DNA from: Scyliorhinus canicula
Taxonomy: Eukaryota
Length of the DNA stretch: 64,000 nucleotides
NCBI RefSeq assembly: GCF_902713615.1
Contig: NC_052157.1
Coordinates: 46,152,553-46,216,552, forward strand
Direction of reading: 5' to 3'
Below, in pieces: positions 24,037 to 34,632 of the stretch. The notes below the pieces were generated by a model. It was not told the DNA's origin, searched no databases, and saw only the letters and a list, made by a program, of their open reading frames with translations. Position numbers and translations under genes: made by a program. Each line of letters begins with the position of its first letter. Position 1 is the stretch's first letter.

Positions 24037-25692
24037 ACGGACACTGCCCACTGCACCACAATTATCCACAGGATGCACTTCAGCAACTCACCTAAATCTT
24101 CTTCGGCAACACTGTCCAAACTGTGACCTCTCCTGCCGAGAAAGATAAATAACAGGTGCATGGGAACACTACCACCTCAAAGTTCAGCCATCTATCATGC
24201 AAGTCAGACAAACTATTTAGCCTTGGACATCTATCGCCATTCCTTCATCCTCCCGAACAGCACTGTGCGCGCTCCTTCACATGCGGTTCAAGTAGAAAAT
24301 CCAGCACAACCACCTCAAGGGCAATCAGAATGGATGATGAATGGTAGTTTTGCCAATGAGGCTGACATCTTGAAAACTGTTTTAAAATAAGGACAAGGAG
24401 CTCTCCTGCAGAGACAAGGAATGGTAGAGATTAGAGTCTTCTTCAGAATTCCAAGAGCAGGCAAACTGGCTGTCTCCATGTGTGAATAAATATGCACATG
24501 TGATGCAAGATACCTGAACACAAGGAAATGAATAGAAATAAACATTAATACAAATATGCGAATATGTCAATGACTTGGCCTGTAGTTAACATTACACGGA
24601 GCACGTTTGACTCGTGAATCAGTCGCATTTAGCTTTTAAGTTAATGAGATATTATGTGGCAGAAAATGTCAAAACATAGAGGCCCAGTTCATTAAAACAC
24701 AATGGGGGATAATATCAGCTAGTAAAACTTTATAAGGTACATTAAAGTGCATTAAACCACATCATTGTTTATTCATGAAATGAATTTGAATACAGTCGCA
24801 ATTCACCTTTCAGGCCATGGATGAATTACTGTCAGAGTTTCTCCTTTAGATGAAATCCCATGTGTGTTTCCTTTAACGACAGGCTGTTGAGGAATTTATT
24901 GAAAGCTGACACACATCCCACAACCTTGTCTTATGGACCAGGCCTTCGCTCATAAATATAACCATTGTTTAGAACAGACAGAAACATCTGAAAATAATCA
25001 TCTGACGGTAACATATCTGATGACAGAATGTAGCAGATGAAGGGAGTCAGGTTAATTTATCAGTGTCAGATAACAGAGCAGGACAGATTTATTATCCATG
25101 TAGACTCCATTACTTTGCTCTGATATAATGAACACACCAAGTTCATGATGCTGTGGTTAGAGGAGGATAATAGAGACTCGCCTCTGCAGACATAAATAGA
25201 GACAGACTCGGGTGGGGCATATTTCACTTGGGTTCCTTCTTAATGCTCAGCCCTCGACTGACCTGTCCATTATCATCAGAACTTTTAGGTGGCGAGTGAA
25301 CTGCTCATGGGCATTGACACCAAAACTAAGAGCCAGATTGAACAGGTTTCTGCAACCAAAATGCAGTTGTTATTTGATGATCAGTTGACCAAAATTAATT
25401 GGGATTATCAATGCTCTTCTGGAATGTGTAGTAGGTAGGCTGCTGATGGCATTGAAATATAACAGGTCTCTTGTGAGAACGAAGCACACATAGCGTCTAG
25501 GTGACGTAGACTTACACATAACACAATGGGAGAAGGAAACATTCAAAGTATTTTAGGTGCGGAACATGTTCATCCCATCTGATCAGGGAGGTGGTGGCAT
25601 AGTGGTATTGTCACTGGACTGGTAATCCAGAGACTCAGGGTAATGACCCAGGTTCAGAATCCCACCACAGATGGTGGAAGTAAACTCAATAA

Positions 25693-26790
25693 ATGAGGAC
25701 TGTCAGAGGATATAGTTCAGTTGGAGACTTAGGCAGAGAGATGGCAGATAGAGTTTAATCAGGAAAAATGTGATGTATGCATTTTGGAAGGTCGAATGCA
25801 GGTGGGAAATATACAGTAAATGCCAGAACCCTTAAGTGTATTGACAGGCAGAGGGATCTGGGTGTACAGGTCCACAGGTCACTGAAATTGACAATGCAGG
25901 TGGAGAGGATAAATAAGAAGGCATACGGCATGCTTGCCTTCATCGGACAGGGCATGCAGTATAAAAATTAGCAAGTCATGCTGCAGCTGAATAGAACCTT
26001 AGTTAGGCCACACTTGGAATATAATGTTCAATTCAGGTCTCCACACTACCAGAAGGATGTGAATGCTTTGTAGAGAGAACAGATGAGGTTTGCCAGGATG
26101 TTGCCTGGTATGGAGGGCATTAGCTTTGAGGAAAGGTTGGATAAACTTGGTTTGTTCTCACTGGAAAAACAGAGGTAGAGGGGCGACCTGATAGAAGTCT
26201 ACAGGATTATGAGGGGCATGGACAGAGTGGATAGTCAGAAGCTTTTTCTCAGGGTGGAAGAGTCAATTATTTTTTATTTTTTTTTAAATTTAGATTACCC
26301 AATTATTTTTTCCAATTAAGGGGCAATTTAGTGTGGCCAATCCACCTACTCTGCACATTTTTGGGTTGTGGGGGCGAAACCCACGCAGACACGGGGAGAA
26401 TGTGCAAACTCCACACGGACAGTGACCCAGAGCCGGGATCGAACCTGGGACCTCAGCGCCGTGAGGCAGCTGTGCTAACCACTAGGCCACCGTGCTGCCC
26501 TAAGAGTCAATTATTAAGGGACATAGGTTAAGGTGTAAGGGGTAAATTTTAGAGATCTGCAATGGAAGCTTTTTATACAGAGGCCAATCAATGGGTGCCT
26601 GGAACTCACTGCCAGAGGAGGTGGTGGGCGCAGGTCCGATAGTGACGTTTAAGGGGCAAATACATGAATAGGATGGGAATTGAGGGATAGGGACCCTGGA
26701 AGTGTAGAAGATTTTAGTTCAGACGGGCAGCATGGCCTGCACAGACCTGGAGAGCTGAAGGGCCTGTTCCTGTGCTGTAATTTTCTTTGC
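25693..26790 (+). mobile_element. 5'-truncated CR1 LINE (RT C-terminus + 3' UTR)
   Basis: MHFGRSN...QRDLGVQVHRSLK peptide; CR1 tail GAAGGGCCTGTTCCTGTGCTGTA; homologous to 31208-32433. Confidence 0.88.
26272..26501 (-). mobile_element. HE1/V-type SINE, short A-rich tail
   Basis: Homologous to 10722-10968; 14-bp TSD AAGAGTCAATTATT. Confidence 0.92.
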
Positions 26791-26958
26791 TCTTCGTAGT
26801 TATTTCTTCTAAAATATCTAGAATTAAAAGTCGAATGATAACCATGAAATCATTATCAATTGGCGGAAAAGACCAACTGGTTCACTAATGTCCTTTCGGG
26901 AAGAAAATCTGCCATCCTTACCCGGTCTCGTCTACATGTGACTCCAGACCCACAGCAA

Positions 26959-26990
<32 letters not shown>

Positions 26991-28722
26991 GGTTGACTCT
27001 TAAATGCCCTCTGAAATGGCCTAGCAAGCCACTCAGTTGTATTCAATCACTATGAAAACTTAAAAAAGAAATGAAACCGTACGGACCACTCGGCATCGAC
27101 CGAGGCACCGGAAACAACAATGGCAAACCCAGCCTGCCGACCCTGCAAAATCCTCCTTACTAACATCTGAGGGCTTGTGCCAAAGTTGGGAGAGCTGTCT
27201 CACAGGCTAGTTACGCAACAGCCTGACATAGTCATACTCACAGAATCATACCTTACAATGTCCCAGACACCACTATCACCATTCCTGGATATGTCCTGTC
27301 TCACCGGCAGGACAGATCCAGCAGCCGTGGCACCATAGTGGTATACTGTTGGGAAGGAGTACCCCTGGGAGTCCTCAATGTCGACTCTGGACCCCATGAA
27401 GCCTCATGGCTTCAGGTTAAACATAGGCAAGGAAACTTCCTGCAGATTACCACATACCGTCCACCATCAGCTGATGAATCAATACTCCTCCATGTTGAAC
27501 ACCACTTGGAGGAAGCACTGAAAATGACAAGGGTGCAGAATATAACCTGGGTGGGGACTCCAATGTCCATTAGCAAGAGTGGCTCAGTAGTACCACAACA
27601 GAATGAGCTGGCCGGGTCCTAAAGGAGATAACTGTTAGACTGGGACTGCAGCAGGTGGTGAGGGAACCATGAAGAGGGAAAAAGATACTTGACCTCACCC
27701 TCACCAACCTGCCTGCTGCAGATGCATCTGTCCATGACAGATTTGGTAAAAGTAACCACTGCACAGTCCTTGTGGAGACAAAATCCCATCTTTACATTAA
27801 GGGTACCCTCCATCATGCTGTGTGGCATTACCATCATGCTAAATGGGATAGGCTTTGAACAGATCTGGCAACTCAAGACTGGGCATCCATGAGGCGCTGT
27901 GGGCCATCAGCAGCAGCAGAATTGGGCTCACACACAATCTGCAACCTCATAGCCTGGCACGTCCCCCACTTTTCCATTCCCACCAAGCCAGGGGATTAAC
28001 CCTGGTTCAAAGAGGAGTGCAGGGGAGCATTCATCACATACTACTATTTAACTCCAATGAGCATTTCTTGGATACCACCTTCCTGTGATTTTATAAATTT
28101 ACAACTAATATTGAATAAAAATGAAATAAGACACATATCCACCTTTAATATATTGAAAATCTGTTCATACCTCCTGTCAACATTTTCCTGCGACAGAACT
28201 TACATGGAAACAGTTATCCTGATGTGCTATAATTGCACCGCCCACCAGTGGTGGTACTGTAGCTGAACATTACTCCTCACGTATAAATATTTCACTTGTT
28301 ACACAACAGCATATCCTTCAATTCACTCTGAGTATTGCCATTTGAGTACAAGTATCTATATGAATTAAAAATCTTGCCTGTGCTGTGCACTTCTTGTAAG
28401 TGCTATGTTTACCTCCGTAATTGCTTTCCTCTCAACCCTCATTGATGACTCGATTATTTTCTTGAATCAACACATGACCTGACTCACCAAGTATATAGTC
28501 CGAGGAGAGTGTGTCAGAATTATAACTCGGCCCATCTGATGCATTTATCTTTGAGAGATGTTAACCCAGGAACTCTGGGGAAATATTTTCAGATGGTAAA
28601 AAGTGTCTCCTGCTCACCTAAAGTAAAGTCGCCAATAGTCCCAAATAACTTAGGCTACTTTCCCCTTTGAGGGGCAGAGCTGACTGGTAGTGATTTAACC
28701 TGAGGATCACCACACCTCAGAC

Positions 28723-29350
28723 CAGCGCCGGCCCTAGGGTTGCTGGTGCCCCGGGCAAGCTGAACTTCGGCGCCCTTGGGGGGGGGGGGGGGGCCGAGAG
28801 GGGGGGCGGGGCCGAGAGGGGGGCGGGGCCGAGAGGGGGGGGCGAGAGGGGGGGGCCGAGAGGGGGGGGCCGAGAGGGGGGGGCGGGGCCGAGAGGGGGG
28901 GGCGGGGCCGAGAGGGGGGAAGGGCCGAGAGGGGGCGGGGGCGGGGCCGAGAGGGGGGGCCCGCGGCTGAGAGGGGGGGGGCCGAGAGGGGGGGGCGGGG
29001 CCGAGAGGGGGGGGCCGAAAGGGGGGGGGCTGGGGCCGAGAGGGGGGCGGGGCCGAGAGGGGGGTGGGGCCGAGAGGGGGGGGCCGAGAGAGGGGGCGCG
29101 GACCCGGGGGGGGGCCGAGAGGGGGGTCGGACCCGGGGGGGGGGACCCGAAGGGGGAGCGGGGGGGGCGGACCCGAGGGGGGGACGGACCCGAGGGGGGG
29201 GGGGGGCCGGCCTGGGGGAGGGCGGCCACCGCGCATGCGCTGGTTGGCACCGGCCCAACTGCGCATGCGCGGGACCCGAGTCTCTGGCGCCCCCTAGCAC
29301 ATGGCGCCCCGGGCGACTGCCCGAGTTGCCGGTGCCTTGAGCCGGCCCTG
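28723..29350. mobile_element. Non-autonomous hAT element with internal G-rich minisatellite
   Basis: TIR CAGCGCCGG / CCGGCCCTG; 8-bp TSD CCTCAGAC (28715-28722 / 29351-29358). Confidence 0.88.
28778..29215 (+). repeat. (GGGGCCGAGAGGGGG)n-type G-rich minisatellite
   Basis: Tandem CCGAGAG/GACCCG units separated by G runs. Confidence 0.9.
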
Positions 29351-29489
29351 CCTCAGACGAGGGGCGAGGTTGAGAAGGTGGAGCTCTCATGAATAACTTC
29401 AGCCATCCCGCATTGTTAGCCTTGCTCCAGCATCACAAACCAGCTGTCCAGCCAACTGAGCCGACTGCTCACCGACTGCCACATTGGAA

Positions 29490-29970
29490 TAATGAGTAGG
29501 GAATCCGGCTATTTATCCTGCTCCAGCGATCAATAAATCATGGCTGATCTGATTGTGCCCTTAACTCCATTTTCCTGTCTGCCCCCCTTGTCATCCTTGA
29601 CCACCTTGGCAAGCAAAAGCCTGTCTTGAATAAATTTAATGGGTGGAATTTACCCATTAAATGCCACTCCTGCCAACGGGATCTTCCAGTGCCGCCGACG
29701 TCAATCGAATTTTGAACAGCTCGCCATGTTTTCTGGCCCCACCCCTATCGCATCAGGGCCTTAAAACTCCGCCCACCGACCCAGCCTCTACTGCTCTCTG
29801 AAGGAATGGATTCCAAACACTAATGACCCTCTGAGGTTCCTCTGCACCTCCATCATAAATGGGAAATTTTGAAACTGTGCCCCCAGTTCTACATTCTCCC
29901 ATGAGAAGGAAACATCCTCTCAGCATCTACCCTGTCAAGCCCCCTCAGAATCCTATCTGTTTCAATAAGA
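29490..29970 (-). mobile_element. Old CR1 3' fragment with a small MITE inside (~29640-29775)
   Basis: Reverse CR1-like 3' motifs ATCATGGCTGATCTG and GCATCTACCCTGTCAAGCCCCCTCAG. Confidence 0.55.
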
Positions 29971-30452
29971 CTCTCATGTATTGTACTCGCAGGATAAAAG
30001 AATGGAAATGCTGAAGCTTGCGGAGTTGAACGCAACAATCAACAGAGGTTTATTGAATGGTTGTGAACTGTGCAAAGGTTTAATCCAGCCTGCAAAGTAG
30101 CCGACGATGTCACAGGCTATCATGTGACTGAGCTCTTAAAGTGACCATGCAACAACATAACAACAACCCACATATAAATAACAAAGATCACCTGCCTTTC
30201 TTTGCTTTAACAAAGGGTCATCTGGACTTGAAACATTATCTCTTTTCTCTCCCTACAGATGCTGCCAGACCTGCTGAGATTTTCCAGCATTTTCTCTTTG
30301 GTTTCAGATTCCAGCATCCGCGGTAATTTGCTTTTATTACCTCCCTTTCTTTTGACTGCAACGTGTATAGACCCAAATCGTTCAACCTCTCCTCACAAAA
30401 CAACACCTCCATCTCCAGAATTAGCCTTGTGGATTTCCTCTGAGTTGCCTCC

Positions 30453-30727
30453 TGTCATAGCCCCCAGGAGGTCCATGGGGAAACAACCATTGATGTCCCC
30501 GTGGGACCCGTGGAGGACGGGCCGCCCAAGTAGAGGGCGGAGGCCAACCACCTGGGGCTCGTTAAGGTAGGGGAGAAAAGCAGGCCCAACTCAGGGCCTG
30601 GTCGGACCGATCCTGACAGCGAGGTTTGCACCGGAGTGAGATGCAGTGCCAAGCATATAATTGTAAATAAATGTAAATAAATTCATCTTTGTTGGCGACA
30701 CCTTCCTTGTGGTGTTTTATACCTCCA
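30453..30727 (+). mobile_element. Probable solo LTR related to the LTRs at ~11070-11305 and ~46910-47020
   Basis: TGTCATAGCCCCC start, AATAAA; similar to the reverse complement of 11070-11305; no clean TSD. Confidence 0.5.
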
Positions 30728-31207
30728 ATGGGAGTATGTCCCAGATCTTTATGCAAGGTGACCAAAATTGCACCCAGTGCTCAAGATGCAGTCTGACAAA
30801 TGTTCTGTGTGGTTGCAGCAAGTATTCCTTACTCTTATACTCCATTTATAACTTCAGTGGATGATCTGCAAGGATCCTGGAAATACAAAGTAGACGGAAT
30901 TTAAGGTTTATGCCAAGGATCTTACAGCTCATTTACTGAAGCTCAGGTAGATTATTGGGAACCAGCCCCATGGAAATAATTTTCCTCCACTTGCATGGTC
31001 AGGTGGATGTTAAAGATCTGAGCAAGGAGGTCTCCTCCTCTCCGAGTTGACCTTCAAAACACACCCTGGCATAACAAAGTCGAGGTGAGCTGGCCTTTGG
31101 ACTCAGCACTGTTTCTGGTCCATTTCCTCATATTGAATGGCCGCTGTGGTTCCTACGGAGCTCAGGGGTGCGGAGGTCAATTGCAGGGCATTTACCATCC
31201 ATCAGGC

Positions 31208-32433
31208 CACAAAGGTGATTGATGCAGGTAGGGCAGCGGATGTTGTCTATATGAACTTCAGTAAGGCCTTTGAAAAGGTCCCTCATGGCAGATGGGTACA
31301 AAAGGTGAAGTCACACAGGATCAGAGGTGAGCTGGCAAGATGGCTACAGAACTGGCGAGGTCATAGAAGGCAGAGAGTAGCAATGGAAGGGTGCTTTTCC
31401 GATTGGAGGGCTGTGACTAGTAGTGTACTGCAGGGATCAGTGCTGGGACCTTTGCTGTTCGTAGTATGTATAAATGATTTGGAGGAAAATGTAACTGGTC
31501 TGATTAGTAAGTTTGCAGACGACACAAAGGTTGGTGGAATTGCGGATAGCGATGAGGACTGTCAGAGGATACAGCAGGATTTAGATTGTTTGGAGACTTG
31601 GGCGGAGAGATGGCAGACGGTGTTTCATCCGGACAAATGTGAGGTAATGCATTTTGGAAGGTCTGATACAGGTAGGGAATATATAGTGAATGGTAGAACC
31701 CTCACGAGTATTGACAGTCAGAGAGATCTTAGTGTACAGGTCCACAGGTCACTGAAAGGGGCAACACAGGTGGAGAAGGTAGTCAAGAAGGCATACGGCA
31801 TGCTTGCCTTCATTGGCCGGGGCATTGAGTATAAAAATTGGCAAGTCATGTTGCAGCTGAATAGAACCTTAGTTAGGCCACACTGGGAGTATAGTGTTCA
31901 ATTCTGGTCGCCACACTACCAGAAGGATGTGGAGGCTTTAGAGAGGGTGCAGAAGAGAATTACCAGTTGACTGGTATGGAGGGCATTAGCTATGAGGAGA
32001 GGTTGAATAAACTTGGTTTGTTCTCACTGGAACGACGGAGGTTGAGGGGCAACCTGATAGAGGTCTACAAAATTTTGAGTGGCATAGACAGAGTGGATAG
32101 TTAAAGGCTTTTCCCCAGGGTAGAGGGGTCAATTACTAGGGGGCATAGGTTTAAGGTGTGAGGGGCAAGATTTAGAGTAGATGTGCGAGGTAAGCTTTTT
32201 ACACAGAGGGTAGTGGGTGCCTGGAACTCGCTGCCGGAGAAGGTGGTGGAAGCAGGGACGATCGTGACCTTTAAGAGACATCTTGATAAATACATGAATG
32301 GGATGGGAATAGAGGGATACGGACCCCGGAAGTGTAGAAGATTTTAGTTTAGATGGGCAGCATGGTCAGCGCAGGCTTAGAGGGCCGAAGGGCCTGTTCC
32401 TGTGCTGTACTTTTCTTTGTTCTTTGTTCTTTG
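31208..32433 (+). mobile_element. 5'-truncated CR1 LINE (RT domain + 3' UTR)
   Basis: ORF 31137-31970 with QGSVLGPLLF and KFADDTK; (TTCTTTG)n tail. Confidence 0.93.
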
Positions 32434-32699
32434 TTATCAAGCGAAAATTGGCCGAGGCAGGAGAAGTAGAGGAACCACACAACCTTTCACAAAGTAAACC
32501 ATGCCAAGGCATTTCATAGGAGGGCTAATCATTGAAAGAAAAAAAGAGTAAGTATAAAGTAAGCAAAGTAGCAGAAATCTGCACATTTCCGTTTAAACAG
32601 AGGTGGGTGTGTGGGGGAGGGATGTTCAAGCTACCTGAATATGCTCAGGGACAAAACAGTCAAAAATATATTTTGAGAAGCCTGAGAGTCTCAATTTCA

Positions 32700-33062
32700 A
32701 GTAACTCACATCCTGACTCCCAAAGCCTGTTCACCTACAAGGCACAAGGCAGGAATGTGATGGAATATTCTACACTTGCCTGGATGAGTGCAGCCCCAAC
32801 GACACTTAAGAAGCTCAATACCCTCCACAACAAGTCAGCCACTTGATTGACATCCCACCCACAAACATTTGCTCCCTCCACCACCAATGCACAATGGCAG
32901 CCGTGTGTACCATCTATAAGACGCATTGCAGGAACTCACCAAGGTTCCTTAGGCAGCACCTTCCAAACCCACAACCACTACCATCGAGAAGAACATGGGC
33001 AGCAGAAACATGGGAACACCACCACCTGGGGGTTCCCCCACAGGCCACTCACCATCCTGATT
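32700..33062 (+). mobile_element. LINE RT C-terminal fragment (related pieces at ~24060-24375 and ~35597-35780)
   Basis: YKAQGRNVMEYSTLAWMSAAPTTLKKL, typical of a CR1/L2-group RT C-terminus. Confidence 0.65.
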
Positions 33063-33082
33063 TGCAACTTTGTGCGTGATTC

Positions 33083-34460
33083 AGGGGAAAATTTCTAACT
33101 GTCTTCTGGGACGCGTATGGAGCATGTTTCTCAGCGGCTGCGTTAGCACGAACACGGCCTTTCTGCCAAAAATGAGTCCCCACGAGCTTCTTGCCATTAT
33201 TGGCTGCCTTGCCATCTGATTCGGCTGACTCAAGCGTCAGTGTCTCACCACTAACAAGAGGGAGCTGACTTTAAAACGCTCCCTTACCACGCACTCCCAG
33301 TCAGCACACAAGCATGGCAGTGCGCAGACCTACTGCTCGATTTGGGGTTGCTGACCTGGCCAGGCTCCCCGACACTGTGAGTGCAAGATGAGAAATGCTG
33401 TTCCCCCGAGGTGGGGGTCAAAGAACCAGCAGCAGGGTCAGCAATGCCGCCTGGGAGGCAGTGGCAGTTCGGGCAGCATGGACCGGGTAGGACCGCCGCC
33501 CAATGTCAGAAGAAGACCAACGACATCCACCGAGCTGCAAGGGTAAATTATCACCTCTCTCCTGGCATCCATCACCTGCCACCCCTCAAATTCCAAATCT
33601 CCCAACCCCCCGTCGCTGATCACTGGCTGATGCCTTGCACCCTCACCAAATCCGATCTGGGTGCTTGCTTCTCAGAACTCACTGGCACCCACAGCACAAC
33701 CCCTCCATGTTCAGCTGCAGCACCCACAAATGCCACCTGCTATCGATCCCCCACTGACTTATCAAGCATGTGATTCACAATGCCCTCTCTATGTCCCCAC
33801 ACACAAAAATGGCCCATAAGCGGGAAAGGGCCAAGACGGGGGCAAGGCAGAGTCCCAAAGATGCGAGGCCTTATTCCCAATGAAGAATGGGCCCTGGAGA
33901 GCGCTGGGTTGACCGAGGAGAGAGCAGTCACTGACAGCGAGGTCAGCCTGTGCCACAGAGGAGAGGATCATTGCCCCTTCATCCAGATGGCCTTTCTCAA
34001 GTGAGTAGTTCATGTCAGACAAAATGATCCTTCCTTCTCACTGACCACATGTCTATTGTTTTGCAGGATCTCCATCTGATGAGGCCAGGCCATCTGGAGT
34101 CAGTCCCACCCCACCACCGCCCAAGAGACCACCTCGGAGGAGAGTTCTCAGGAGATCACCAGCGATGCATCACAGCTATCACTGGACCTTCTACCAGCAC
34201 AGAGACACACAAACCTCGGTGGGCGACATTCGTGGTCTGGTTTCTGGGGCACAATGTGGTGAGCACCACACAGTTGCTGATTCACATTAGGTGGTGGCAG
34301 AAACGTCCAAGGAAGACACCAGTCAGCGATCTGCTGGATTCCAGGACTCAGCTGGGTCTCAGTCAGATGCTGAGCCTCTGGACAAGATTCTTCCAGAGCT
34401 GATGCTGATGATAGGCCACAGCAGTGACATTCAAGAGGGGATGTCAGGTATATTACAGCT
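33083..34460 (+). mobile_element. Decayed multi-exon Myb/SANT element (PIF/Harbinger-like)
   Basis: ATG 33314: MAVRRPTARFGVADLARL...NAAWEAVA...TAAQCQKKTNDIHRAAR then GT at 33543; second exon KMAHKRERAKTG...EEWALE; acceptor TTTTGCAG at 34066. Confidence 0.7.
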
Positions 34461-34632
34461 GGGGCAGCACGGTGGCATATTAATTAGCACTGTTGCCTCA
34501 CGGCACCGAGGACCTGGGATCGATCCTGGTCCCAGGTCACTGTCCGTGTGGAGATTGCACATTTTCCCAATGCCTGCGTGGGTCTCACCCCCACAACCCA
34601 AAGATGTGTAAGGCAGGTGGATTGGCCATACT
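34461..34632 (+). mobile_element. 3'-truncated HE1/V-type SINE
   Basis: GGGGCAGCACGGTGGCA head to GGATTGGCCAT. Confidence 0.85.

Larger units (their letters stand above)
25586..28030 (+). mobile_element. LINE 5' portion with tRNA-derived head and decayed APE endonuclease, interrupted by CR1 and SINE
   Basis: Box A GGCATAGTGG and box B-like GGTTCAGAATCC at 25586-25665; leader resumes ~26813; endonuclease-like NI*GLVPKLGELSHRLVTQQPDIVILTES (~27160), TTYRPPS, LDLTLTN. Confidence 0.72.
28623..29462 (-). mobile_element. Probable SINE interrupted by a hAT MITE
   Basis: Decayed tRNA-like head GCTCAGTTGGCTGGACAGCTGG on minus strand; a related head lies at ~50250-50340. Confidence 0.55.

Noticed and set aside
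21338-24126. GC-rich overlapping ORFs resembling a CpG-island gene start
   Set aside because: Apart from the Myb/SANT ORF at 21933-22199, they mostly lie in TIR/TSD-bounded MITEs and show no protein motifs
28655-29390. Proline-rich ORFs in all three minus frames
   Set aside because: Artefact of the G-rich minisatellite, which lacks stop codons
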